From: a virus
Virus record (IMG/VR): IMGVR_UViG_3300045988_143416
Location: 1 to 52,181 of that record
DNA length: 52,181 bases
Strand: one strand, 5' to 3'
Position 1 is the first letter of the stretch; each line of letters starts with the position of its first letter. The position numbers and the translations under genes are program-made. The notes beneath the pieces are model-generated. The model saw only the letters and a list, made by a program, of their open reading frames with translations. It was not told the origin of the DNA and did no database searches. Of this stretch, positions 35,067-42,939 are shown one piece after another.

Positions 35067-35190
35067 ACAAAACCGTTAAATTATGGTAAAATAATAAATT
35101 GGGGATAGTGATTGCAACACGACAAGGCGGTTTCCCTGACCGCTTTCCCCAAATTTGTTTATAATAGGGAATTACAGAGGGAGTAATAAA

Positions 35191-35823
35191 ATGGGTGCTT
35201 TTATAGACCTAACAGGACAACAATTTAATAGATTGACGGTTATTGAAAGGGCTGAAAATTATATTAGCCCAAATGGAATTAAGCAAACACAATGGTTATG
35301 TAAATGCGAATGTGGAAACACAGTTATAGTTACGACACAGAAGTTAAAAAGCGGTAGCACTAAAAGTTGTGGTTGTTACATTCACGATAAAGTAACAAAA
35401 CACGGAATGTGGAAATCACGCATATATAAAATATGGCGAAATATTAAAAGCAGGTGTAACAACCCAAATGCTACTCATTATGATTGTTACGGCGGTAGAG
35501 GAATAACCGTGTGTAATGAATGGTTGCACAATTTTCAAGCGTTCTATGATTGGGCAATGGCTAACGGCTATAAAGACGATTTGACTATTGACCGTATAGA
35601 CAACAACAAAGGATATTCACCTGATAATTGCAGGTGGGTATCAATGAAAATGCAAAGCAACAACACAAGAGCCACACATATTATTGAATTTAACGGTGAA
35701 AGACATTCAATATCTGAATGGGCTGAAAAATTAGAGATTAACAAAAACACATTATCAAATAGAATATTGAGAGGTTGGAACATTGAAAAAGCACTAACAC
35801 AAAGTGTTCATCATAACCCATAA
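35191..35823 (+). CDS. HNH_3-related DNA-binding protein with a degenerate HNH motif
   Basis: YGGRGITVCNEW and IDRIDNNKGYSPDNCRWV, with Arg where the catalytic His is expected. Start at ATG 35191. Confidence 0.5.
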   Translation: MGAFIDLTGQQFNRLTVIERAENYISPNGIKQTQWLCKCECGNTVIVTTQKLKSGSTKSCGCYIHDKVTKHGMWKSRIYKIWRNIKSRCNNPNATHYDCYGGRGITVCNEWLHNFQAFYDWAMANGYKDDLTIDRIDNNKGYSPDNCRWVSMKMQSNNTRATHIIEFNGERHSISEWAEKLEINKNTLSNRILRGWNIEKALTQSVHHNP

Positions 35824-35826
35824 CAA

Positions 35827-35860
35827 AGGGGCTATCTTAATTGATAGCCCCTCTTTTTTT
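35827..35860. terminator. Bidirectional intrinsic terminator
   Basis: AGGGGCTATC-loop-GATAGCCCCT followed by TTTTTTT. Confidence 0.8.
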
Positions 35861-36116
35861 ATTGTTCTTCTAATTCGGATAGTTGCCATTTCAATTCGTT
35901 TTTCATTTGTTCGAGTTTTTCAATTTCGGCTTTTTTCTTTTTGTAAATATTTTCAATTTCATAAATCGAAAGTTTTGTTTTAAGGGCTTCGCCTTTGTAA
36001 TATGCGTCAATCATTTGCCCGCCTTTTCTTGCTGCCTTGTCTAATTCTTCAATGTCTCTGTTGATACCTTTTACAGCATATTCAAGAATTTGTTTTTGAT
36101 TTAACATTTTAATCAC
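35859..36116 (-). CDS. Hypothetical coiled-coil protein
   Basis: 85-aa ORF, divergent from the 36318 operon. Confidence 0.5.
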   Translation of the reverse strand: MIKMLNQKQILEYAVKGINRDIEELDKAARKGGQMIDAYYKGEALKTKLSIYEIENIYKKKKAEIEKLEQMKNELKWQLSELEEQ

Positions 36117-36162
36117 CCTTTTTTATAATATCATATTTATAATATCTTATCTCTACATTATT

Positions 36163-36191
36163 ATTATACCACTTTTGTGATAATATTAAAC
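36163..36191 (-). promoter_or_regulatory. Extended -10 promoter (minus strand) with operator 36167-36182
   Basis: On the minus strand TGGTATAAT, with a poor -35. TACCACTTTTGTGATA is in the standard register. Confidence 0.4.
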
Positions 36192-36235
36192 AAAAATACA
36201 CAATAAAATCAATAAATATTTGTGAGTTTTGCTAA

Positions 36236-36264
36236 TTGATTTTATACCACATTTGTGATATTAT
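36236..36264 (+). promoter_or_regulatory. Promoter with operator 36245-36260
   Basis: TTGATT, 17 nt, TATTAT. TACCACATTTGTGATA overlaps the spacer and -10. Confidence 0.6.
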
Positions 36265-36317
36265 ATAAGTGTAATAAAGAGAGGGCAACAGCCCTTTAAG
36301 AAAGAAAGGTAATTATT

Positions 36318-36629
36318 ATGAAACTTATTACAAAAGAAATTGAGAGAAAACTCAATAAAACACCGATTTACAGCAAAGACGGTCAAGGCGTTGACGCTGA
36401 AATCATTGTAAAATTTTTCAACCCGTGCGGTGCTGCTACTTGGCTTATTACAGAGGCAGAGAAGCAAGACAACGGCGACTATCTATTATATGGCTATATC
36501 ACATTAGGCTATGGCTATGAATGGGGCTATGTGATGTTGTCAGAGTTGCAGAAAATTAGAAACGGTTACGGCTTAGGTATTGAGCGTGACAGATACGCAC
36601 ACGGCACAGTTAAAGAGAATGTAGCATAA
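36318..36629 (+). CDS. DUF2958-like protein
   Basis: The pattern VKFFNPCGAATWLITEAE...GYGYEWGYVMLSEL...GIERD matches my recollection of DUF2958. Confidence 0.6.
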   Translation: MKLITKEIERKLNKTPIYSKDGQGVDAEIIVKFFNPCGAATWLITEAEKQDNGDYLLYGYITLGYGYEWGYVMLSELQKIRNGYGLGIERDRYAHGTVKENVA

Positions 36630-36695
36630 CAGCAAGCGGGCTATAAACGCCCGCAATGCGTCAAAAAGAAACATTTATAAAAAGGGTGATGAAAT

Positions 36696-36935
36696 ATGTT
36701 AGTAAGAGATAAAGACAGTCAAGAGGGCTATATTCACATTTGCGACGATTATAAAAGATATATTAAGTCAGCATTAAAAGAGCGTATGCCGATTTATGTA
36801 CACGATATGAAAGTTTACACGCTTATCGAAACAAAAAAAGGTCACGAACTCAAAGATATAAAATATTGTCCTTATTGTGGGGCTGAAATAGAAAAAGAAG
36901 AAAGAAAGCAGGTATATAACAATGAGATACTATGA
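36696..36935 (+). CDS. Hypothetical protein with a C-terminal CPYCG zinc-ribbon-like motif
   Basis: 79-aa ORF behind AAAGGGTGA. Confidence 0.5.
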   Translation: MLVRDKDSQEGYIHICDDYKRYIKSALKERMPIYVHDMKVYTLIETKKGHELKDIKYCPYCGAEIEKEERKQVYNNEIL

Positions 36936-37842
36936 AATCAACGAAACAGCAGCAAGACAAGCCCGTCAAATGTGGTCTTTTAGCGATTATGAACACGGCA
37001 GTAAGACAGCAGAATACAGGGCAGCGGTTGACAGATGTTATGCAGAAGTTGACCGCCTACCCGAAGAATTGAAAGAGAAAGGGGCGACAATGGCAGACAG
37101 ATACGCCCGCCGCCTTGCAGAGTGGTATAACAAGCAATTTAGAATTGAAATGATGTGTCCGTCCGTTATGATTAGTGGCGGCAGTAATTTCCCCGTAAGA
37201 AAGAAAGAGAAACAGAACGCCGCACAAGATAGGCATTATCAATTATACAAAGAAATTCAGCAGATACCCGAAAAGATAGCAGGGCTATTAAGAGGCACAA
37301 ATGTCATTAAATCAAGCGACGCAGACGCTTTAGAGAAATTGCAACAGAAAGTTGAAAAACTTGAAGCGTGGCAAACCGAAATGAAAGAGGCAAACGCATA
37401 TTACAGAAAGCACAAATCATTGAAAGGGTACAAAGATTTTAGCGACGAAAGAGCAGAGAAACTTGACAAGGCTATTTCAGAAACTTGGTATCAAAAGCCC
37501 TTTGCACCTTTTGAATTAACAAACAATAATGCAAAGATTAAAAGTGCAAAGGCAAGAATTGCAGAGATTGAAAGATTAAAGAAAGAAGCAGCAGAAGCGG
37601 CAGAACAGCCCGAAAGCGAAAATACAACAACTTTATTTAAGATTGTTGAAAATGCCGAAATAATGCGTTTGCAAGTGATTTTTGACGGCAAGCCAAACGC
37701 CGAAGCAAGACAGATTTTGAAAAGCAACGGCTTTAGGTGGGCACCGTCAAATAGTGCTTGGCAAAGACAATTAACAGACAATGCAAGATATTCAGGTAAG
37801 AGAGTAAAAGAGCAGTTACAAGAGTTAGGCGAGATTTACTAA
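36922..37842 (+). CDS. DUF3560-like protein
   Basis: C-terminal FDGKPNAEARQILKSNGFRWAPSNSAWQRQ pattern, recalled from DUF3560. Confidence 0.55.
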   Translation: MRYYEINETAARQARQMWSFSDYEHGSKTAEYRAAVDRCYAEVDRLPEELKEKGATMADRYARRLAEWYNKQFRIEMMCPSVMISGGSNFPVRKKEKQNAAQDRHYQLYKEIQQIPEKIAGLLRGTNVIKSSDADALEKLQQKVEKLEAWQTEMKEANAYYRKHKSLKGYKDFSDERAEKLDKAISETWYQKPFAPFELTNNNAKIKSAKARIAEIERLKKEAAEAAEQPESENTTTLFKIVENAEIMRLQVIFDGKPNAEARQILKSNGFRWAPSNSAWQRQLTDNARYSGKRVKEQLQELGEIY

Positions 37843-37884
37843 TTTTGCACAAAAAAGCACTTGAAAGTTTGTATATTTTGTCAC

Positions 37885-37913
37885 TTGAAAATGTAACACA
37901 AAAGTGATACAAT
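37885..37913 (+). promoter_or_regulatory. Promoter with operator 37894-37909
   Basis: TTGAAA, 17 nt, TACAAT. TAACACAAAAGTGATA overlaps the spacer and -10. Confidence 0.6.
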
Positions 37914-37970
37914 ATAGATGTAATGAGGGGTCAGAAACTATAAGCCCTCTGTACAGAAAGGTGAATTACA

Positions 37971-38141
37971 ATGAAGATTTACACAGCAGACAAAGAAGCA
38001 GGCAATAAGATAGAAGCGTTCAACACGATTGAAGAAGCGAAAAAGGCAATTATTGCTTACGAAGAAGAAGATAAACACGACGGCACATATACGCCCGACT
38101 TTTATGATGTTGTAAACGAAAATTGCGAAAGTCTTATCTAA
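37971..38141 (+). CDS. Hypothetical acidic small protein, 56 aa
   Basis: ATG behind the conserved leader hairpin and CAGAAAGGTGA. Below the ORF-track cutoff. Confidence 0.5.
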   Translation: MKIYTADKEAGNKIEAFNTIEEAKKAIIAYEEEDKHDGTYTPDFYDVVNENCESLI

Positions 38142-38243
38142 CGCAGAGCGACTACCACCCTTGCAAGGGTGGTAGGTAATGCGGTCAGGCAGACGGTCGC
38201 AAACCCGACAGCCGCAAACAATAAAGAAAGGGGGGGCGTAAGA

Positions 38244-38435
38244 ATGACAGAATACTATGCTTGCGGGCTTGTTTTCTTTGCCTTTATAGCAATAACGCTA
38301 TTACTTTATTTTGCTTATTATTCCATTAACAAGGCTATTAGAAAGCGTAAAATCAAGCAGTTAAAGAGAGAATACAGGCGCAGAAAGCAAACACAAACAT
38401 ACGCCGAATTTGTGGCAGTATCTGAAGCATTTTAA
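38244..38435 (+). CDS. Small membrane protein, 63 aa
   Basis: Start moved to ATG 38244, behind AAGGGGGGG. One TM helix followed by a basic tail. Confidence 0.5.
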   Translation: MTEYYACGLVFFAFIAITLLLYFAYYSINKAIRKRKIKQLKREYRRRKQTQTYAEFVAVSEAF

Positions 38436-38455
38436 ATTAAAGAAAGAGGTATTTA

Positions 38456-38872
38456 ATGAAAGCAATATCTATTAAGCCGCATTTTGCACATCAAATATTG
38501 TGTGGCACAAAAACAACAGAATACAGAACTTGGCAGACAAAATACAGAGGCAACTTGCTTATATGCAGCAGTGCAGCACCGAAAGAGAAAGGCACAATAA
38601 GCGGTCACGCTTTGATTGTTTGCAGGCTGAACGACATTGAGCCGTTAAGTAAAAGAGAGTTAAGAGAAATCGGCGTTGATGAAAACCCCGACAAGCCTAT
38701 TTACGGTTGGCGGCTGACAGACTTTAAAACTATAAAGCCGTTTCCTGTAAAGGGCAAACTAAATCTTTACGAGGTTGACGACAATTTAATTGAGTACATT
38801 GACGACGAGCAAATGACAAGCAAAGAACTTGACGAGGTATTCAACAAGTATTTCAAGCCGTTATTTGATTGA
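38456..38872 (+). CDS. ASCH domain protein
   Basis: N-terminal MKAISIKPHFAHQILCGTKTTEYRTW...RGNLLI pattern is typical of ASCH domains. Confidence 0.65.
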   Translation: MKAISIKPHFAHQILCGTKTTEYRTWQTKYRGNLLICSSAAPKEKGTISGHALIVCRLNDIEPLSKRELREIGVDENPDKPIYGWRLTDFKTIKPFPVKGKLNLYEVDDNLIEYIDDEQMTSKELDEVFNKYFKPLFD

Positions 38873-38966
38873 GTGCAAACGGGGCTTATAATACAGCGTG
38901 TGCAGTATGAAAAAGCCCCGCATTGTGGCATAATTAAGTTGAATTTTAGGCAAACGGAGGTAGCGT

Positions 38967-39191
38967 ATGACATTACGAGAAAGGCGAGTAAAAAAAGGTT
39001 ATTCACAAAATGACCTTGCCGTTGCGTCAGGTGTAAGCAAAAGGGCGATACAGTGTTATGAGCAAGAAATAAGGGATATAAACGGGGCACATATAAAATC
39101 ATTGTGCGACCTTGCGATAGCACTTGATTGTAAAATATCAGATTTGCTAACTGACGAAGAACTGAAAAAGCGGTACAAAATGGTAAAATAA
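38967..39191 (+). CDS. XRE-family HTH protein (last gene of the operator-controlled operon)
   Basis: HTH_3 pattern KKGYSQNDLAVASGVSKRAIQCYEQ. Confidence 0.75.
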   Translation: MTLRERRVKKGYSQNDLAVASGVSKRAIQCYEQEIRDINGAHIKSLCDLAIALDCKISDLLTDEELKKRYKMVK

Positions 39192-39200
39192 ACTGTTAAA

Positions 39201-39230
39201 AAGGCAGGGAATACACCCCGCCTTTTCTTT
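39201..39230. terminator. Terminator hairpin between convergent genes
   Basis: AAGGC(A)GGG-loop-CCCGCCTT followed by TTTCTTTT. Confidence 0.55.
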
Positions 39231-39234
39231 TGCC

Positions 39235-39516
39235 TTATTTACTTATTATAAGTTTTTTATCGAACTTGTTAAGGTAAATTCGGAAGAATATATTATCCTG
39301 AAAATCACCTATACAAGTTTGGTTGTATATTACAACGCTGTCTATATCATCATTGAATACGGCTTTATCAACTGCCTGATAGAAATTGCCACCCTCAAAA
39401 TCAAGGACTTTATCGGCAATGGATATTCCGCAACGATTACAATACTGACTGCAACTATTCCATTGGTCAAAGATTGATATATCTATATTATCGCAAACAT
39501 ATATAACACAATTCAT
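39235..39516 (-). CDS. Degenerate resolvase-catalytic-domain-like protein lacking the nucleophile Ser
   Basis: Start at MNCVIYV, behind AAGGAGGGTG. It aligns by eye with the integrase N-terminal domain (YxRxS replaced by YVCDN; ..IDSVVIY.. matches ..IDVIVVY..). Confidence 0.45.
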   Translation of the reverse strand: MNCVIYVCDNIDISIFDQWNSCSQYCNRCGISIADKVLDFEGGNFYQAVDKAVFNDDIDSVVIYNQTCIGDFQDNIFFRIYLNKFDKKLIISK

Positions 39517-39518
39517 TG

Positions 39519-41072
39519 TTACACCCTCCTTTTCGTTTTTGTGTATAAACTCCACTCGGGCTGTCCGTGCGGTAGCTTATGCCCAATTTGTACAGCAGTG
39601 GGGGAGGCATAGAGAAATACCTCTATTACCTCATTATCAATCACGATTTTTTTTACAAAATTATTAAAAATGGTTTGCAAAACTTCATCATCTGTTGTGT
39701 CGGATATTGACAACATTTTATTGAGATAGTCAACAATCATAGCGTGTGAAATTGTCATTTTTGTTTGTTGCTCAATAGCCATAATTTGACTATCAATTTC
39801 CTTTGCTCTATCCTCACACTTTGTCATATGTTCAGCGACATAAGCATTGTTGACTAATTTTAATGACCTCAACTCCAACAACTCGGATATTTGAGACTCT
39901 ACAGTAGACAATTCCTTTTTCAGTTGTTTAAGTTTGCTTTTTTGGCTATCGGGATTTTCGCCTAATTTTACTATAATCTCATTTGCAATTTGATAAATCG
40001 ACTTTTCGTTTAATATGTGTTTCTTAATTTCATTCAATACGGTTTCTTCTAAATAATCTTTTCTTACCCTCTTGCAGGAACACTCGGCGTATGTTTTACT
40101 TGTGGAACATACATAGTATTTATAATCGTATTTCTTGCCACGCTGTACGCTTGCACTTCTTATCCCGAAAAAGTGCTTGCCACATTTTCCGCATATTATT
40201 TTTCCTGTTAAAGAGTATAAATCTTTTCGTTTGCGAGGTTTTACATAGGTTTGGCTCTTATGCCGTTGTTGTACTCTATCCCATAAGACTTTATCAATGA
40301 TAGGTGGAATTACATCATATACAACAATCGGCTCGTGTCCTTGTGCATTGTATCTTAATATGCCGATATAAAAATCATTCCGCAACATTCGGGCAATGGA
40401 GGTAATACCGAACGGCTTACCTTGCCTTGTCGAAGCCCCTATACTTTTAGTGTAATCTTGCAAATATTTCAAGGAATAGTTATCCGCATACAATTCAAAC
40501 AGTTTGTTGACAACCTCTTTTTCATATTCGTCAGGCGTGTACTTTTTCTTTTTCTTTTTACCGTTATCAAAGACGGTTTCTAATTTATAGCCATAAGGAA
40601 CAGTACCGCCTGTAAAATAACCTTGCTTTGCCATTTCTCGCATACTTGATTTTACAAAGTCCGATATAGTTTCACTTTGGAATTGGTCTATATCTGCAAG
40701 AACATTTATCATTAACCGTCCTGCACTTGTTTCGTCGTCCATAAGTTGAGTAATTGAGACTAACCGTACATTGTGCTTTTTGAACAATTTGCGGTACTTA
40801 TGACTTTCGTAAGCGTTACGGAATATGCGGCTGAATTTATAAACGACAATTACATCTATCAACTCATTTTTGACATCATTTATCAATTCGTGGAACGCTT
40901 CACGCCCTGCCACCTTTGTACCTGTTATTGCTTGGTCTATATATGTTTTAGTCAATGGCAGTCCTTGTTTGTTCAGGTATTCTTGACATTCAGACATTTG
41001 ATATTCGATTGAATATCCGTCGTCTTGTTTCGTGTCGGAATATCTTGCATATAACCCTGTTCGTTCGTTCAT
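39519..41072 (-). CDS. int: Large serine recombinase (integrase)
   Basis: N-terminal LYARYSDTKQ resolvase domain, recombinase domain, Cys-rich zinc ribbon (CGKCG...C..C) and a coiled coil. 517 aa. Confidence 0.9.
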   Translation of the reverse strand: MNERTGLYARYSDTKQDDGYSIEYQMSECQEYLNKQGLPLTKTYIDQAITGTKVAGREAFHELINDVKNELIDVIVVYKFSRIFRNAYESHKYRKLFKKHNVRLVSITQLMDDETSAGRLMINVLADIDQFQSETISDFVKSSMREMAKQGYFTGGTVPYGYKLETVFDNGKKKKKKYTPDEYEKEVVNKLFELYADNYSLKYLQDYTKSIGASTRQGKPFGITSIARMLRNDFYIGILRYNAQGHEPIVVYDVIPPIIDKVLWDRVQQRHKSQTYVKPRKRKDLYSLTGKIICGKCGKHFFGIRSASVQRGKKYDYKYYVCSTSKTYAECSCKRVRKDYLEETVLNEIKKHILNEKSIYQIANEIIVKLGENPDSQKSKLKQLKKELSTVESQISELLELRSLKLVNNAYVAEHMTKCEDRAKEIDSQIMAIEQQTKMTISHAMIVDYLNKMLSISDTTDDEVLQTIFNNFVKKIVIDNEVIEVFLYASPTAVQIGHKLPHGQPEWSLYTKTKRRV

Positions 41073-41082
41073 TATTTGCCCC

Positions 41083-41457
41083 CTATTTGCGGTATTCCTC
41101 TATTTTTATAATGTCTGCAATGTAATCACGCACTTTGTCTAACCCTGTTTTATTCAGTTTTGCTAACGGCAAGAATAAATCCTCTGCTTCCTCACCGAAT
41201 ACACTTCTCAAAGCCGCAGTATGCGACATACCATATTCGGAGTGTCTTGTGTTGCCGTCAAAGATAAAATCCCACGGAACTTTGTTAAACAGATAGCATA
41301 ATTTTTTGATATGTGCGGACTTTAAGTTTTGTACTTGGTTGCTTTCGTATTTCTGCACAGCCGCCCTCCCAACGCCTAACTCCTTTCCTAATTCCTCTTG
41401 CGTCATTCCCTTTTCAAGTCTGTACTTTTTGATTTTTTCACCTACTGTTAAGGACAA
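41083..41457 (-). CDS. XRE-family HTH regulator (repressor candidate)
   Basis: TTG start behind AAAGGAGGTGA. HTH_3 pattern KGMTQEELGKELGVGRAAVQKYES. Confidence 0.75.
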   Translation of the reverse strand: MSLTVGEKIKKYRLEKGMTQEELGKELGVGRAAVQKYESNQVQNLKSAHIKKLCYLFNKVPWDFIFDGNTRHSEYGMSHTAALRSVFGEEAEDLFLPLAKLNKTGLDKVRDYIADIIKIEEYRK

Positions 41458-41582
41458 TACTAATCACCTCCTTTGTAGAATAGCATAGCATTATTGTATC
41501 TTAAAAGTAAAAAAATTATGCTCAAAGTATCTAAAAAGTAGTTGTGCCGATAAATTCCCTATGTTAATATAATTTTGTCAAT

Positions 41583-41612
41583 AAAAAAAGAATACAATAA
41601 ATTGTATTCTTT
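41583..41612 (-). terminator. Intrinsic terminator between the two repressor-like genes
   Basis: AAGAATACAAT/ATTGTATTCTT hairpin. The A-run on the + strand gives a U-run on the minus strand. Confidence 0.65.
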
Positions 41613-41616
41613 GAAT

Positions 41617-41949
41617 TTATTTCATATTCAAATACATTTTCATTATCTCTTTATAAAGATGTTCCCTTTCTTCTTTAGGGATAGTTTCATTAAGAAATAC
41701 GCTCTTTGCACGGCTTAATAACTCAAAACTTTCGTCTGTTGTAGTAACGCCGAAGTAATCAAGACTAACGCCGTAAAATTCAGCAAAACGGCGTAAATCG
41801 GATAAATGCGGACTTCTTCTGCCTACTTCATAATTTGAAATTGTGGCACGGCTTAACCCCATTCTTTCGGATAATTCTTGTTGCGTTAGTTTTCTGCCTT
41901 TCCTCAATGTTTTCAGTTTCGTGCCGATAGTACACACTATTTTTTCCAC
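41617..41949 (-). CDS. XRE-family HTH regulator (CI-like repressor candidate)
   Basis: HTH_3 pattern RKLTQQELSERMGLSRATISNYEVG. Divergent from the early rightward genes. Confidence 0.75.
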   Translation of the reverse strand: MEKIVCTIGTKLKTLRKGRKLTQQELSERMGLSRATISNYEVGRRSPHLSDLRRFAEFYGVSLDYFGVTTTDESFELLSRAKSVFLNETIPKEEREHLYKEIMKMYLNMK

Positions 41950-42059
41950 CTCTTATTAAATATTTAGCGATAGCACCATTTTAGCACACTTTGTTTACAT
42001 TGTGTAGAATTATGAAACATATATGTAACATTGTGATTATATTTTGTGAAAATTGCCGA

Positions 42060-42088
42060 TTGATTAAAAATAATTATAGTAGTATAAT
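42060..42088 (+). promoter_or_regulatory. Rightward early promoter
   Basis: TTGATT, 17 nt, TATAAT. Confidence 0.55.
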
Positions 42089-42127
42089 GATAACGAAAGT
42101 TAGCAATATTATTGTAATGATAACGAG

Positions 42128-42337
42128 GTGTCGCAAATTTTGATTAACAGCAGAGGAAACACCATACAAGATAGATTGTCGTTTGATATTGAATTAGCGA
42201 AAAACGCAAAAGATATAGAGAATAAAAAGGCGTTAGCATTTCAAGCACTCGGAGCAGTAGAAATAGCCGTAGAATTTGGACTAATTACATATTTAGAGTT
42301 TGAAAGATACATAAATAAGATTTTTGAAATAATTTAG
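42128..42337 (+). CDS. Hypothetical protein (start uncertain: GTG 42128 or TTG 42140)
   Basis: GAGGTG at 42125-42130 favours the in-frame TTG at 42140. Confidence 0.45.
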   Translation: MSQILINSRGNTIQDRLSFDIELAKNAKDIENKKALAFQALGAVEIAVEFGLITYLEFERYINKIFEII

Positions 42338-42358
42338 GGCAACCGCCCTTTGTTTTTT
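42336..42358 (+). terminator. Intrinsic terminator
   Basis: AGGGC-AACC-GCCCT followed by TTGTTTTTT. Confidence 0.6.
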
Positions 42359-42443
42359 GCCTTTGATGTGTCATTTTGTTTGCATTTGTATATATTGTGC
42401 AACTTTAACAAAACAATTTGTAAATGTTTGTGTATTTGGCGAA

Positions 42444-42472
42444 TTGTAAAATAATGTAAAAAATAGTACAAT
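42444..42472 (+). promoter_or_regulatory. Promoter of the leader-hairpin family, without the operator dyad
   Basis: TTGTAA, 17 nt, TACAAT, followed by TGTAATGAGGGGG...CCCCCATACAGAGAGGT. Confidence 0.5.
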
Positions 42473-42531
42473 AGTAACTGTAATGAGGGGGTACAAAGAA
42501 CTACAAGCCCCCATACAGAGAGGTAATAACA

Positions 42532-42876
42532 ATGAAAACACTTGATACTAACAAATACCGCTATGAATTTGTCGGCGGTGAATTTAACGGTAAAATGTGG
42601 CAATTTGCCGCACTTGAAATTAGAAATCTTATTAAAGGTTATAGCAAAGATTTAAGTGCACAAAGAGCAAAAGGCATTTTATGCAAGCGTGCAGAACTTG
42701 ACAATCAGCCTTTAGTTGACGGTTATATGCCACCTATGTATGACGGCAAAAGATACATTGTAAATGGCGAATTAAAAAGCGAGTGGCAATGTACCGAAGA
42801 ACAAAAAGCAAATAACGAGTTTGTGCACATTATAAGATATGAAAGCGAAGAAATATACGATATGATGAGCAATTAA
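42532..42876 (+). CDS. Hypothetical protein
   Basis: 114-aa ORF behind the conserved leader. Confidence 0.6.
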   Translation: MKTLDTNKYRYEFVGGEFNGKMWQFAALEIRNLIKGYSKDLSAQRAKGILCKRAELDNQPLVDGYMPPMYDGKRYIVNGELKSEWQCTEEQKANNEFVHIIRYESEEIYDMMSN

Positions 42877-42882
42877 GCAGGT

Positions 42883-42901
42883 AGGGGCTTTTGCCCCTTT
42901 T
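42883..42901 (+). terminator. Intrinsic terminator
   Basis: AGGGGC-TTTT-GCCCCT followed by TTT. Confidence 0.65.
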
Positions 42902-42939
42902 GCGTCACAACGAAACATTATTGAAAGAGGTGTAAAACT

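Noticed and set aside
35098-35160. Possible tRNA or tRNA fragment (GGGGA...TCCCCA ends with an internal stem-loop)
   Set aside because: Only about 50-60 nt lie between the putative acceptor halves. There is no D-arm or T-arm consensus (no GTTCGAATC-like loop). It is kept only as a structured element.
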